From Prorocentrum cordatum (lineage: Eukaryota), in contig CAUYUJ010000325.1 of NCBI GenBank assembly GCA_963575745.1, forward strand, positions 434,001-498,000: a DNA stretch of 64,000 nt. Reading direction: 5' to 3'. Shown piece by piece: positions 34,320 through 48,539 of the stretch. The stretch's first letter is position 1. The number at the start of each line of letters is the position of its first letter. Both the position numbers and the translations under genes were made by a program. The notes under the pieces are model-generated. The model made no database searches, had not been told where the DNA came from, and saw only the letters and a program-made list of their open reading frames with translations.

Positions 34320-34850
34320 TCTTAATCGCAGCTGCCCCTAACCGACGGCTGAGTTTAGTCCCTGCCCGGCCGTCGGCAGACAGAGATGCACCAAGATATA
34401 CGTGCGATCGTCTCAGCACCCCGTCGCTGTTCAGAATGGTGGAACCAGATCTGACGCCATTGCAATCCTATTTCCTCCAATTGAACTACAATCAATAATG
34501 TGCTCCGCATTGCTCCTCGCTTTGCATCAACTCCTGAAACAAAGCCGGGCCGGTGTCGACGGGGAGAGAGTCATCAGCGTAAACGAGCTATCTGGCGAGT
34601 CGTTCAGCAAGGATGTATCCGTGCTTCTCGCGCCACGCAGTCAGGCGTCTGCCAGCAGACTGGACATTGCGATGTGATTCAAAAAAGGATCATGGGCATC
34701 CTTGGCGCATGCCGTAATGCTGCCGCTGCTCCGAAGATGTCTGCCCGAAATCGGCCACTACAAATGAGCGGTTCGCGCGCAAACTTGCCCGGCTGTCGAA
34801 CCTGAGAAGCGACGCCGCCAATGAGTCCAGAGAAACAGAATCGAGCCGGT
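34320..34850 (-). pseudogene. Degenerate non-LTR (LINE) reverse transcriptase fragment
   Basis: Manual translation: LDSVSLDSLAASLLRF...NRSFVVADFG...HYGMRQGCP*S...LVYADDSL...FNWRK...VYLGASLSADGRAGTKLSRRLGAA. This includes the QG and YADD motifs. Confidence 0.8.
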
Positions 34851-34915
34851 CGGAACCGATATCGACCATATTGAAAGCACGCCCCGCCTGGATCGGATCG
34901 CGCCGAATTACTTAC

Positions 34916-36638
34916 CCGTTACGGAAGTTATTCATCTTGAGCACTGACGACCAGGGCGTCTCCGAGTGGCCCCCTTTCCACCCGTAGACTCCTAGCACGG
35001 CAGTCTTCGGCCTGGCTTGGCGGGAGATTTCTGGGGTTCCCCCTGGTAGCACTAATAGTATATAACCAACTCAGGATAAAAATCTCTCCCCCCCCCCCCC
35101 CCCCCCCCGTAAATTCATGAGGGAGTAATCACTCCCGGTCACTTCCAGGCAACTCTGAATCTCTCCCCGTATGAAACCACAAGGAAGAATCACCCCCATA
35201 CCACTTCTCACCACGGCGCCCACACATGTCAATTTTAGCCAAGATGAATTAACTTTCGTAACGGGGATGAGGGCCCACGACTTTTTCACACGTCAATGTC
35301 AGCCAATGTCATGAGGAACCCAAATTCGAAATCCGAGCGGGGCCCAGCATCGCGCTCGATAGACACGTCGCCAGCATCATTGCCGCCGCTGCTTCGCTGC
35401 GACGACTTACTGCGCATCAGAGTTGTCCCGATTTCGAGCCCCGCCTTGGGCGGGGCCGACCGTCTATTGTTCGCGTGCGCGCTTGAGGCGGATACGGATT
35501 TCGCGCTCGCGTCGGGGCGGCGCCCTTGCGGCGTCGCCATCGGGCTTCCAGCGGCACTGCGTGCGCTCGGCGTGCCAACTCCTGCATGATTGCGTCTTTG
35601 CCCGGTGCGTGCTTGCGGTCTCGCATGACATTCGATTGACGTCACAATGGTGCTCTCGCCGCCCCACCCTTGTAGAAGTGCAGTGTAAGATGCCGCTGAC
35701 CCGTTACGAAAGTTATTCATCTTGAGCACTGACGACCAGGGCGTCTCCGAGTGGCCCCCCTTCCCCCCGCAGACTCCTAGCGCGGCAGTCTTCGGCCTGG
35801 CTTCGCGGGAGAGATTTCCGGGCTTCTCCCTGGTAGCACTAATAATATATAACCAATTCAAGAAAAAATCTCCCCCGTAAATTCATAGGGGGGCAATCAC
35901 TCCCGGTCACTTCCAGGCAACTCTGAATCTCTCCCCGCATGAAACCACAAGGGAGAATCACTCCCATACCACTTCTCACCACGGCGCCCAAACATGTCAA
36001 TTTTAGCCTAGATGAATTAACTTTCGCAATGGGGATGAGGACCCACGACTTTTCCACACGTCAATGTCAGCCAATGTTATGAGGAACCCAAATTCGAAAT
36101 CCGAGCGGGGCCCAGCATCGCGCTCGATAGACACGTCGCCAGCATCATTGCCGCCGCTGCTTCGCTGCGACGACTTACTGCGCATCAGAGTTGTCCCGAT
36201 TTCGAGCCCCGCCTTGGGCGGGGCCGACCGTCTATTGTTCGCGTGCGCGCTTGAGGCGGATACGGATTTCGCGCTCGCGTCGGGGCGGCGCCCTTGCGGC
36301 GTCGCCATCGGGCTTCCAGCGGCACTGCGTGCGCTCGGCGTGCCAACTCCTGCATGATTGCGTCTTTGCCCGTTGCGTGCCTGCGGTCTCGCATGACATT
36401 CGATTGACGTCACAATGGTGCTCTCGCCGCCCCACCCTTGTAGAAGTGCAGTGTAAGATGCCGCTGACCCGTTACGAAAGTTATTCATCTTGAGCACTGA
36501 CGACCAGGGCGTCTCCGAGTGGCCCCCTTCCCCCCGCAGACCCCTAGCGCGGCAGTCTTCGGCCTGGCTTCGCGGGAGAGATTTCCGGGCTTCCCCCCAG
36601 TAGCATTAATAGTATATAACCAATTCAAGATAAAATAT

Positions 36639-36670
<32 letters not shown>

Positions 36671-39135
36671 AAATTCATAAGGGGGCAATCACTCCCGGTC
36701 ACTTCCAGGCAACTCTGAATCTCTCCCCGTATGAAACCACAAGGAAGAATCACTCCCATACCACTTCTCACCACGGCGCCCACACATGTCAATTTTAGCC
36801 CAGATGAATTAACTTTCGCAACGGGGATGAGGACCCACGACTTTGTCACACGTCGATGTCAGCCAATGTCATGAGGAACCCAAATTCGAAATCCGAGCGG
36901 GGCCCAGCATCGCGCTCGATAGACACGTCGCCAGCATCATTGCCGCCGCTGCTTCGCTGCGACGACTTACTGCGCATCAGAGTTGTCCCGATGTCGAGCC
37001 CCGCCTTGGGCGGGGCCGACCGTCTGTTGTTTGCGTGCGCGCCTGGGGCGGATGCGGATTTCGCGCTCGCGTCGGGGCGGCGCCCTTGCGACGTCGCCAT
37101 CGGGCTTCCAGCGGTACTGTGTGCACTTGGCGTGCCAACTCCTGCGCGATTGCGTATTTGCCCGGTGCGTGCTTGCGGTCTCGCATGACATTGACGTCAG
37201 AATGGTGCTCTCGCCGTCTCACCCTTGTAGAAGTGCAATGTCATATACCGCTGGCCCGTTACGAAAGTTATTCATCTTGAGCACTGACGACCAGGGCGTC
37301 TCCGAGTGGCTCCCCTTCCCCCCGTAGACTCCTAGCACGGCAGTCTTCGGCCTGGCTTGGCGGGGGAGATTTCCGGGCTTCCCCCCGGTAGCATTAATGA
37401 TATATAACCAATTCAAGATAAAATCTCCCCCCCGGTAAGTTCATCAGGGAGTAATCACTCCCGGTCACTTCCAGGCAACTCTGAATCTCTCCCCGCATGA
37501 AACCACAAGGAAGAATCACTCCCATACCACTTCTCACCACGGCGCCCACACATGTCAATTTTAGCCAAGATGAGTTAACTTTCGCAACGGGGATGAGGAC
37601 CCACGGCTTTTTCACACGTCAATGTCAGCCAATGTCATGAGGAACCAAAATTCGAAATCCGAGCGGGGCCCAGCATCGCGCTCGATAGACACGTCGCCAG
37701 CATCATTGCCGCCGCTGCTTCGCTGCGACGACTTACTGCGCATCAGAATTGTCCCGATTTCGAGCCCCGCCTTGGGCGGGGCCGACCGTCTGTTGTTTGC
37801 GTGCGCGCCTGGGGCGGATACGGATTTCGCGCTCGCGTCGGGGCGGCGTCCTTTGCGGCGTCGCCATCGGGCTTCCAGCGGCACTGCGTGCACTCGGCGT
37901 GCCAAGTCCTGCATGATTGCGTATTTGCCCGTTGCGTGCGCGCGGTATCGCATGACATTCGATCGACGTCAGAATGGCGCTCTCGCCGTCTCACCCTTGT
38001 AGAAGTGCAATGTAAGATACCGCTGACCCGTTACGAAAGTTATTCATCTTGAGCACTGACGACCAGGGCGTCTCCGAGTGGCCCCCCTTCCCCCCGTAGA
38101 CTCCTAGCACGGCAGTATTCGGCATGGCTTGGCGGGAAAGATTTCCGGGGTTCTCCCTGGTAGCATTAATAGTATATAGCCAATTCAGGGTAAATCTCCC
38201 CCCCGTAAATTCATAAGGGAGTAATCACTCCCGGTCGCTTCCAGGCAACTCTGAATCTCGCCCCGTATGAAACCACAAGGAAGAATCACTCCCATACCAC
38301 TTCTCACCACGGCGCCCACACATGTCAATTTTAGCCAAGGTGAATTAACTTTCGTAACGGGGATGAGGACCCACGACTTTTTCACACGTCGATGTCAGCC
38401 AATGTCATGAGGAACCAAATTCGAAATCCGAGCGGGACCCAGCATCGCGCTCGATAGACACGTCGCCAGCATCATTGCCGCCGCTGCTTCGCTGCGACGA
38501 CTTACTGCGCATCAGAATTGTCCCGATTTCGAGCCCCGCCTTGGGCGGGGCCGACCGTCTGTTGTTTGCGTGCGCGCCTGGGGCGGATACGGATTTCGCG
38601 CTCGCGTCGGGGCGGCGTCTTTTGCGGCGTCGCCATCGGGCTTCCAGCGGTACTGTGTGCACTCGGCGTGCCAACTCCTGCATGATTGCGTATTTGCCCG
38701 TTGCGTGCGCGCGGTCTCGCATGACATTCGATTGACGTCAGAATGGTGCTCTCGCCGCCCCCCCTTGTGGAAATGCAATGTAAGATACCGCTGACCCGTT
38801 ACGAAAGTTATTCATCTTGAGCACTGACGACCAGGGCGTCTCCGAGTGGCCCCCCTTCCCCCCGTAGACTCCTAGCACGGCAGTCATCGGCCTGGCTTGG
38901 CGGGAGAGATTTCCGGGGTTCTCCCTGGTAGCATTAATAGTATATCACCAATTCAAGATAAAATCTCCCCCCCGTAAATGCATAAGGGAGTAATCACTCC
39001 CGGTCACTTCCAGGCAACTCTGAATCTTTCCCCGTATGAAACCACAAGGAATAATCACTCCCAGACCACTTCTCACCACGGCGCCCACACGTGTCAATTT
39101 TAGCCAAGATGGATTCACTTTCGTAACGGGGATGT
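34916..39135. repeat. Tandem array of ~770-785-bp units, about 5.5 copies
   Basis: Unit start ccgttacg(a/g)aagttattcatcttgagcac at 34916, 35701, 36469, 37256, 38028 and 38796. Length variation comes mostly from a poly-C tract. Confidence 0.95.
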
Positions 39136-39299
39136 ATGAGGAGAAGCAACAGCACAATCTGTCGGAGGTCCGCGAGGTTTCTTCGATATGCGCTGGGCCC
39201 CCTCCCTGGCGCGCGGAGCGCGCCAGGGGCGGCGCGGGAGCTGCCGCCAGGGGGTCCAGCGCCGATCCGAGAAACCCACGCGCAATTCCTGGAGTTTGT

Positions 39300-39480
39300 T
39301 GGATCGGAACAAATTGGACCGATGGGTTGGATCGGATCGGATCGGCTTAAATCGCATAGGATCGGATCGAATCGGATCGGATCGAACCGGCTCGATGGAC
39401 TGGATCGGATCGGATCGAATTGAATCGCATCGGATTGGATCGACTCGGATCGGATCGAATTTGATCGAATCGGATCGAAT
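39300..39480. repeat. (GGATC)n pentanucleotide repeat
   Basis: Direct reading. Confidence 0.9.
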
Positions 39481-42400
39481 GGTTTTGCGACTGCGTCTTC
39501 CTCGTCTTCCTCTTCTTCCTCTTCGCCAACATTGGTCGGAACTGACTAGGATCGATCAGATCAGACCGAGTCGGAGCGGTCGGGCCGTCACTGGAGAAAC
39601 TAAGACGTACGGACCCCGCTGCGTCCTGACCAGAATTCCGAGGCGCGCATCTGGCCGTGGCGACGAGGGTCTCCTGGGAGCCCAGAAATCCGAAAACGAG
39701 CCAAGGGTCGCAATATCAGTACCTTTTCCTTCTTTGCACTTCGGACCAGCGCGGTCGGGCCGACGCTGGACCAGACCGAATAGGACGCAGAAGATGATAC
39801 GGAGGGCTCGTGTCCTGACAACTTGCGCGGTGTGGTTTGTGAGACCGCGTGGATCGGTCCACTTTGAACGATCGCGTCTATTCGATCGCGCAGGATCTCT
39901 CGATGTCGGCCGATTCCAGGCCACTGGCGGCCTTCAACCTTAAACGCCCGAGCTGGGGTCGCCGCTGTGTCGAAACGACATATCGTACTAGTACGATGTG
40001 CTGATGTGAGAGGCGAACGTCCGACAATAACAAAAAACACACGAGTCTTACCCAATGTCGTTTCCCGTAGCGCTATGGCCAAACAACGACCGCCACGGAG
40101 CTCATACTATAAGACTTCTGAGCGTGCGAGTCACCCTTGCGGGGCTCACGCGCACATGGTGCAAACATGTTTGAGTGGTACCGGGCCGAATCGGACCGAC
40201 ATCGGGCCCGGAGCAAGTCAGTCAGGAAGGGGGAACAAAGACACATCCACTCGTATCCGTATCCGTTGTTGACGGTCCTGGTGCCCCGAAGACGGCTCCA
40301 GGAGGCCGAAAAAGGCAAGAAACCTCTTCGAACCAAACACCTCGAACGTCGCCCCCCTTCTTGCCCCCCAGAATCAGTGCTGGGCCACATCAGACCCCCA
40401 GCCGGCTCCAAGACCAGGAACGACGATAAGGCCAACCTGCGCTAGACGAACTCGCACGCCGAACCTTGGCTTTGGGGAAAACCAAAGCCGTGGTGCCGAA
40501 ACCTCCCGACTCCGTAAAGCTCCGTTGGTGGTGCCGGCCGAATCGGACGGACATCGGAACGAAATGGCAGCTTCGCTTTGGGAACAGCGCGGACATGTGT
40601 AAATATACACACAGAACAACGCGCGCGCGCGCTTCGCGCGCGCGTGGTTCTAGCAAGCTCTAGTTGTAGTTTGGAGTGTTCGGTATTGGAGGACAAAGAT
40701 TGTCACACGGGTCGTGCCCCTCAGGGAGTTGCACCTGCGGCCCCAGACACAGGCTTGGCTGGCGTTCGTTCCCACGCCATTGCCAGCATACCCCTCACAG
40801 GGATCACGCCCCACACGGAGCTCCACCTACGTCCCCATAGACACAGGTTCGCATACTGGCACGCCCCTCGCGCGGATCGTGCCCCGTAAATAGCTGCATT
40901 GCGGCACAATCTTCATGGCGTCGCCTCGCTCACTTCGGCACACCTGCCACACGGATCGAGGCCCGCATGGAATTCCACGGACGGCCCCTGAGAGAAGGTT
41001 CGCATCCCGCCCTCCCGTCTACTTCTGCGCACCTCTCACTCGGAACGTGGCCCACAAGGATCTCCACCTACGACCCCGAATGCAAGGTTCGCACTGCGCC
41101 CCCTCTGGCCATTCTAGCACACCCCATCACGCAGATCGCGCCACCGAAAGGCCCAGAGACCAGGTTCGTACAGCGCTCCCCCGCCCATGTCGGCAGACCC
41201 CGTCACGAAGACCATGCCCCAGATGGACCTCCACCTATGGCACCAGTGGCCAACTTCGCATGGCGTCCCCCCGCCCATTTCGAACATGCCTCGTACGGCT
41301 CGTGCCTGGAGGAGGTCTACCGGTGGCCTCAATGAGACGTTCGCGCGGAAGAATCCGAATTATGCGGCACACTTTCACGCGAATCGTGCCCTACAACTTC
41401 AAAATCAGCGCACTGTGCACGCGTGCTCCGTAGCAACCATGTTTCCGCAAAGTGTAAAGAAAGACCCGCACCCAGTGCTACACACAACTGCGCAGGGATG
41501 GGTCCGTCGCCAAACTTCGGCCCATACCGCTTTTGTACTAAGATGTTGATCCAAAGGATCATTGGATACCTGTGATCCGGGGTCTTTTGGCATGCATGTC
41601 GGGCGCCTCGTGGAACGAGTTTTGAAGCATCTTGTGGCCTCATGTGGGCCATGTAGGAGGCATGGTGGGGTATCTTTGGGGACCTTCGGGGGCCTCTCGG
41701 GTGCTTGCTGTAGCCTCGGGGGCCCCCATCGTGGCGGAGGGCTCGAAATCTCAGTTGGAGTTCTCTTCGTCGGGTTCCTGGGGGACGTCTTGGGCGCGTC
41801 TTGGACCTCAATTGGGCCGTCCTGGGGCTATCTTGGAGGTCTCTTGGGCCGTCTCGGGGCGATATGTGGGGCCTCTTTCGGTCGTGTCGAATGTTGTTAA
41901 GATGGTCGCAAGACGATCGGCCCCCGATACAAATAACCACAAATGGCCATGGTGGACATTCCGTATCAATTCTTGGACAGAGAACTTTTACGGAATGTCC
42001 AACACCGCCACTTGTTTTATCGCGAAGAAATTTCCAAGCAGCAACTTGCGAAGAAATGTCGCCCACGTCAAAGAATTTGCCGTTCGCCATGTCGTTTTGA
42101 TCTAGCGTCGCATGCGCCACCGATCAGGCGGTGGCGAGAAATAGAAGTAAAAGGAACAGCGATGAGGACTGGAAGGCCAATGCGGGGGATCCCGCGAGGA
42201 ACTTTCAAGACGAGCGCGCCGATGATGTCCATAATGTTTCTTCGGCTTGCGGGCGACTCTTTGGGCCTACGGCGAGTCACTGGACCCCGCGGCGCGGTGC
42301 ACTGGGAACTGCGACGCGAGCCCCCCGGGCCTGCGAGGCTGGACCCCGGGGCTTACGACACGAACACCGTCTACCTACGACTCGCGTCGCCAAGGCCTAC

Positions 42401-42944
42401 GATGCGTGATCCTGGGCGCCACGATGCCAATTCCTGGGCATGCCTGAAAATCTGCGAGGAGGCATCGACAGTCCTCGAAATTCGTGTTTGAAGCCTATTG
42501 GGCTGTACTGGGGCGATCCTAGGGGCATCTTGGGGGTCTTGCAGCGTCGGGAAGCGAAACAGGGCCCATCCATGATTGCTGCTCTCTTCGAGCTCTCTTG
42601 GGAGACCTCTTGCAGGCCTCTTGGGTAGATTGGGGGCCTCTTGGGCCGTCTGGAGGCCAGCTTCGGCGTCTTGTACCGTCTCGGGGGCCGATTGGGGCCC
42701 TCGTCCTGTTTTGGCACCCCCTTGGCCTTCCAGAGCCGCATCTGGGAAGCGTATCGGGGGGGTATCAAACAGCTTCCTGGATGGTTGCGGAGTGGCCGCC
42801 CCCAGGCGGGCTATCTATTCATCAGAGTGAGGGGGCCGAACGGTCATTCATTATCCCTGGGTGCGTGGCTGAAATGGGGATCCGTGGTGAGGATTCTGCT
42901 TGTTGCGTTGTTGCTTTGTTGCGTTAATGATGTTTGTTGTCGTC

Positions 42945-43310
42945 GTCCCACCCGCGACCCACCCGCAACCCACCCCGCGACCCCCCCCGCGACCCACCCC
43001 GCGACCCACCTGCGACCCACCCCGCGACCCACCAGCGACCCAACCCGCGACCCACCTGCGACCCAACCCGCGACCCACCTGCGACCCACCCGCGACCCAC
43101 CCCGCGAACCATCCCGCGACCCACCCCGCGACCCACCCCGCGAACCATCCGCGACCCACCCCGCGACCCACCCGCGACCCACTTGCGACCCACCCGCGAC
43201 CCACCCCGAGACCCACCCGCGACACACCCGCGACCCACCCGCGACCCAACAGCGACCCACCTGTGACCCACCCGCGACCAAGCTGCGACCCATTCTCGAC
43301 CCATTTGCGA
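42945..43310. repeat. 11-12-bp minisatellite (cccacccgcga)n
   Basis: Direct reading. Confidence 0.92.
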
Positions 43311-43899
43311 CCTACACACATTGGTTTAACGAAAAAATCGGCACCTTCGGCGGGCTCGTTGTACAATTTGTGAAACTCTGGCGCCTGCGGCGGGCTCCTC
43401 CGGAGTCTCGCAGACTGCCGACGTCCCCACCGCCCCCTCACTCTTATCTGCATCTGCGGGGTGCTACGTACGATTCATATTTACACACACTACGGCATCC
43501 TGGCCCTGTCCCGTGGGGCGTCGCAGAAACGCCACGGAACAACGGTAGTGTATAGCTGTCATGCCTGCTCTCCAGGCGACCGGTGTGGACGAAAATGCGC
43601 ATACCGTGCCAGGGCCGCCATCTGCCACGAGATGAGCAACGATCGAAAACGGGTTACGCGAGATAACATGGCTGCCTTACGCGGTGGCTTACGCGGGCCG
43701 CCAGCTCGGCACGCCACGTTGGAAGCGAGGGCGCTTACGCGCGACCTTACGCGGGCAGCTTACGCGCCAATGTCTGCAGTCGCATCGGTTCGTTTGGCGT
43801 CACTCAGGTGGCGGACTTACACACACACACACATACACACACACACACCACACACCACACACCACACACCACACACCACACCGCACAGAGTGGACATGC

Positions 43900-44150
43900 T
43901 CCTGGCCCCGATGCCTGGCCCGGCGGCCCACAGCAGCGCCAGCGCTGGCTCCCACAGCGCGGCGCGACAGCAGGCCGCCAGCGCCGCCCCGCGGCAGGCG
44001 GCGGCGCCGTCGTCGCCCCGCGGCGGGCTCGCCGCCAGGAGCCACAGAGCGGCCTCCCAGGCGTGGCCCACGCCGCAAGCGGCGATCGCCGCGCCCCGGC
44101 ACATGCCGCCGGCCGGAGGGCGCCCACTGACCTCCGAGATATGCTCGCGG
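43900..44150 (-). CDS. PPR-like exon (about 2 repeats)
   Basis: CRGAAIAACGVGHAWEAALWLL...CRGAALAACCRAALWEPALALL. Candidate acceptor ttttctcag|G near 44151. Confidence 0.7.
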
Positions 44151-44759
44151 CCTGAGAAAATCACGGCGGTAAGTTTTTGGCCGTGCTTGGCCTCTGGGTG
44201 CCCTCGACGCGCCCCGGGGCCGTCAGATAAGGACACGGGCCGAAGAACTGGCCCAGGGGAGAGGATTAGAGAAATCCGGGCATCGCACGTCTGGTCTCGC
44301 CTCGAGGCGCAACTCGTTGAAAGATCGCATCGATTTCTGGGACGGCTGGGGCAGTGCTTGGTTGAGGCCAGGGCATTATTTGGCGACGGCTGGCCGCCCA
44401 TCCAGGAAACACCGACCCAGCCGTTGGAAGCCCTGGCCAGACTAGCCCTTGGCCCAGGATTGGTGTGTGTGTGTGTGTTTTCCCTGCCAGGGCAGGAGGT
44501 ATACACATCGATCCTGGGCCCTAAGTGGGCCTGGCCAGGATCGGAGTACGGGAGGTTCGTGCCGTGACGACCTCGGCGTTGGTCTCTGACTTTGCGCGAC
44601 TGGTTCAACCAATGACGATCGCGGCTCTCCGAAAGGGCAGGCCGTTCAATGTTGAACGAATGGCTGCTGGCGGCGTTCAACCTCGAACGCTCGCTGTTTG
44701 GACATTGCACAAGTCGACACGGCACAAGAACCTATAGTAGTACCGGTATAGCTGGCGCC

Positions 44760-44850
44760 CTCCGAGCTGGGGCGCACCTGCGCAGCGCGCATCTCCTCGA
44801 GCAGGGCCGCGACGAGGCGCCACTGGGACTTGGAGGCGGCTGGCGGTCTG
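44760..44850 (-). CDS. PPR-like exon
   Basis: Manual translation AASKSQWRLVAALLEEMRAAQVRPSSE, the classic PPR W..A..LL.EM....V.P pattern. Confidence 0.7.
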
Positions 44851-45629
44851 AGCTGTCTGAGCGAATTTTGTGCGATTCGCGAAAGCGGCCGTTACCTGGG
44901 ATGTTCCCCCCCCCCCACCCACACGATGAGCTGGCCCCTCTGGCACCTCCCATACATCCATCCTGTCCTTCTGGCACCTTCTGTGTGTCCCTCTTCTCCC
45001 TGCCATGCCTCTGCTCAGGCGTATCCCTCATATGCGGCATATCCCTCCTGTCCCTCTTAACCCTCGCATCCCTCCTATCCATGATATATCCCTTGTGCAT
45101 GATATCATATGTGCCTCCTACCCATCCTATCCCTCATATCCCGCATGTCCGCGTTATCCCTTATCCTTGAAATTCCCTTGTATCCATTTTACCCCTCTTA
45201 CCACTCTTACCCCGCTTACCCATCTTACCCGCTCTAAGCTTTGAATCCCTCCCCTCCCGGGGCATTGTGAAACCCCCTGGGACTTCTGGAACAGCACCCC
45301 GAATTCTGGGGAACAGCCGCTTTCGCGCCTTGTGGAACGATCTCCAGCGTATAAGAACAACGCTCTGAGGCAGGGGTATTTTTGTGGCACCGGCCTCGGG
45401 GGCTCGACGAACTGGGTCTCGAGGTCTCTGTGGGACGCGCTCGGGGGTTACAGAGGGGTGGTGGGAGAGCGGGAGGTGTCAAACGGCTCTGACGCTCTTC
45501 CTGACATACCTCCTCTCAGGCGTATCCTTCCTACCCCTCATCACTATCATACAGATCGCTCCATCATGGCATTGTCATCCCTCGTATCCCTCCTACCCAT
45601 CAAGCCGTTGTTTGCGCAATCGATGCGCG

Positions 45630-48495
45630 TGCCAGGTTTAGGCAACAACGAGGCCGAAACGCCCCCCCTCGCCCCCGAATTTCGAGGTTGCTAGGGAAGC
45701 GGTGGGCACTTCACAAGAAAAGGGCGTGAATTTCGCAACGTTGCGCGCTCCCTTCTGGCGCGGTCGTCCGCCAACTTCGAGATGCGGGGCGTCGAGACTG
45801 GAGAAGGTTCGTTCCACAAGTGATATAAACCATAAAAGAAACAACCAACCGACCGACGACCAACCGACGACCGCGATGGCGACGGACCGACCGACCGACA
45901 ACGACGACGACGACGACAACCTACCGATCGATCGACCGACCAACCAACTGGCCGACCGACTGACCGACCGACGACGGCGATGACCACGACCGCGCCGACC
46001 GCCGACGACCGGGACGGCGACGGACCGACCAATCGACCAACCGACCGACGACAACAACCTACCGACCGACCGACCGACCAACTGGCCGACAAACCGAATG
46101 ACGACGACGACAACGACTGCGCCGACCCGCGACGACGACGGACCAACAGATCGACGACGACCGACCGACCGATCGACGATGACGACCGACCGACTCGCCG
46201 ACCGACGCGCCGACCCACCGACAGGAGAGCCCCCCCGTAGAATCATAGCCTTCTTCTGAGGATCCAGTCCCGCGGGCCCCGTTTTCCTGCGAGCCATGGA
46301 AATTCATCGTTGCGTGGAAATTCATCGTTGCGTCGGCGCTCTAGAAATCTATTCCGCGACGCGAAGCACAGTTCCGCGCGGAGGCAGCGCGGCCGCGCGA
46401 CTGCAAGGTCACCGCACGAAGGAAGTCATGCAATAGCTCGGGCGCGAACGCTGACAAATCAGGAGCGCGCTCCAGACCGCCAGGAGCAGAAAAGTAGGAT
46501 CCGCGAGGCCCATTGCGGAAACCGTCGGATAGGGCCCGAAAGCACATATTCGACCATGTCCCGCGCAAGTGGGCCAGTTTTGATATCGCCGGTAAATATT
46601 TCAGCTCGTCGCGGAAACAAGCCCGATATGTTTTCTCTGAGGCAACCCGCTGCGGTTCGCTCATTACCGGGCCCGTGTGGAATGGCGGCCGAAACCCGGT
46701 TCCGGGCCAGAGGGCAAAAGGCTGCGTTCACGCGGTGCCGGGCACCTGCGGCCAAACGGAACGAGGCGCCAGCCTCGCCCCAGCCGCCGCCCTTGCCCCA
46801 GTCGCCGCCAGCGGCTACAAAAAAAACGCATTCATCAACAAGGGGCTACCAGACTTGCGAGAACGCCCTCGTTGCCGATCCCAGGGGGAGACACCTATCT
46901 CGAGAGCCGCCTCACAGCACAACTAGAGCACGACCTAGAGCACAACCGAGATCATTACGGAGAGCACAACTCAAAACATAGTAATATGGCACGTTTTTGC
47001 GCGCGCGGATTTACACATGGAAATGTGTTGCTTCGTCTTTTGGAGGATCCCGCTGCAAATTTTACCGGAGAGCAATATAACGCCGTGAGTTGTGTACTCG
47101 AAGTGTTGCGCCAGGATGTGCTCTAACTGTGCTTCTAGAGCTGCTCTAGATGGGCCGCAAGTCCTGGGCGCTGGTCGAAGTGGCAGGTCGCGCCCGCCGC
47201 CGATCGTGAGCCGAAACCACCTACGCAATCGTCATCGCGTGACTATTCAACGCCAGCGCGGGGCACCACTGTCTGCGAAAAAAACGCCCGTGCCAAGTCT
47301 AGGAAACAGCGCGTCGCAGCGCACCCCCTCGCCCCCGAGTTTCGAGTTTGACGGGAAAGCGGTGGGCCCTTCGCAAGACCGGGCGCAAAGTTTGCAAATC
47401 TGCGCGCTCCCTTGCAGCGCGGTCGTCCGCCAACGTCGAGAGGCGAAGTGTCGAGGGAACCTTGTCGGCGCGATGTTGGTGGGCGCTTGTTCCGCAAACG
47501 GCGGACTTGCCTGTCTTCTCTATTGAAGGGGGGCCCAGGGCGCCCGTCTTGCCACGCGCCCTGCAGACTGGAAAATTCTGTTCTACAGGTTGCACAACCA
47601 ATGCAAAACAATCAACCGACCGACGACCAACCGATGACCGCGACGGCGACGGACCGACGGACCGACCGACAACGATGACAACCTACCGATCGGTCGAACG
47701 ACCGACCACCCAGCCGACCGACCGACCGACGACGACGATGACCACGACAGCGCCGACCCACGACGACGACGGACCGACAGACCGAAAACAACCGATCGAC
47801 CGACCGATCGACGACGACGGCGACGACCAACTCGCCGACGGACGCACCAACCGACAGACAGACAGGAGAACCACCCCCCGTATAATCATCGCACTCGTCT
47901 GCAAGTCCACTGACCAGTGGGTTCCAAGTACTGCGGGCCCAAGACATGAACCATTCCATCGGCGCTCCCAGAGCTTATTCCGTTTTGCGACGCACGGCTC
48001 CGCGCGGAGGCAGCGCGGCCGCGCGACGGCAAGGTCGCCGCAAGACTGGGTTCGTCTGCCGACAGATCAGGCGCGCCGCCCCGACCGCCAGGCGAAAAAA
48101 AATGCCCGCCCTCGGGGAGCTCTGGGCGCGAGGATTTTCAAGCCCGTCGGACACGGCAGCCGAGCGCTTTTGCTTGCAAGAGTCCCGCGCAAGCGGGCCA
48201 CTACAAGGCTCGCTGGTAGAACTTCCGGGTCGCTTTGGGAGCAAACCCGATTTGCTTGGTTTCCTGAGAACGTCCGCGGCGGTTTCCTAGCGCCCAGGCC
48301 CATCTGGATCGGGGGCCGAATCCAGATTCCAGCCCGCAGGGCAAGGGGCTTCGTTTACACTGCGCCCGCCGGGCCCCCGCGGCCAAACGGGGCGGGGCGC
48401 CAATCCTGCCCAGGCCACCGCCCCTGCGCGAGCCTCCACCAGCGACTACCAAACAAGGGGCGCAATCCACCACAAGGGGCTACCAGACTTGCGCA
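45630..48495. repeat. Two diverged direct copies (about 45630-46860 and 47290-48495) of a ~1.2-kb repeat containing a (CCGA/GAC)n core
   Basis: Shared starts gtgcca(g/a)gt(t/c)tagg, shared middle ccgcgcggaggcagcgcggccgcgcgac and shared ends caaggggctaccagacttgcg. Confidence 0.8.
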
Positions 48496-48539
48496 CTGCT
48501 TCTCCCAGAATCCCCCGGCGCCTGGGTGACAACATGACG

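Noticed and set aside
34916..39135. CRISPR array or rRNA/snRNA/SL-RNA gene cluster
   Set aside because: Units are ~775-bp whole-unit duplicates with no unique spacers, and no recognisable 5S, U1-U6 or SL signature was seen.
42641..43555. PATH/PRD-repeat protein ORFs
   Set aside because: These are translations of the 11-12-bp minisatellite.
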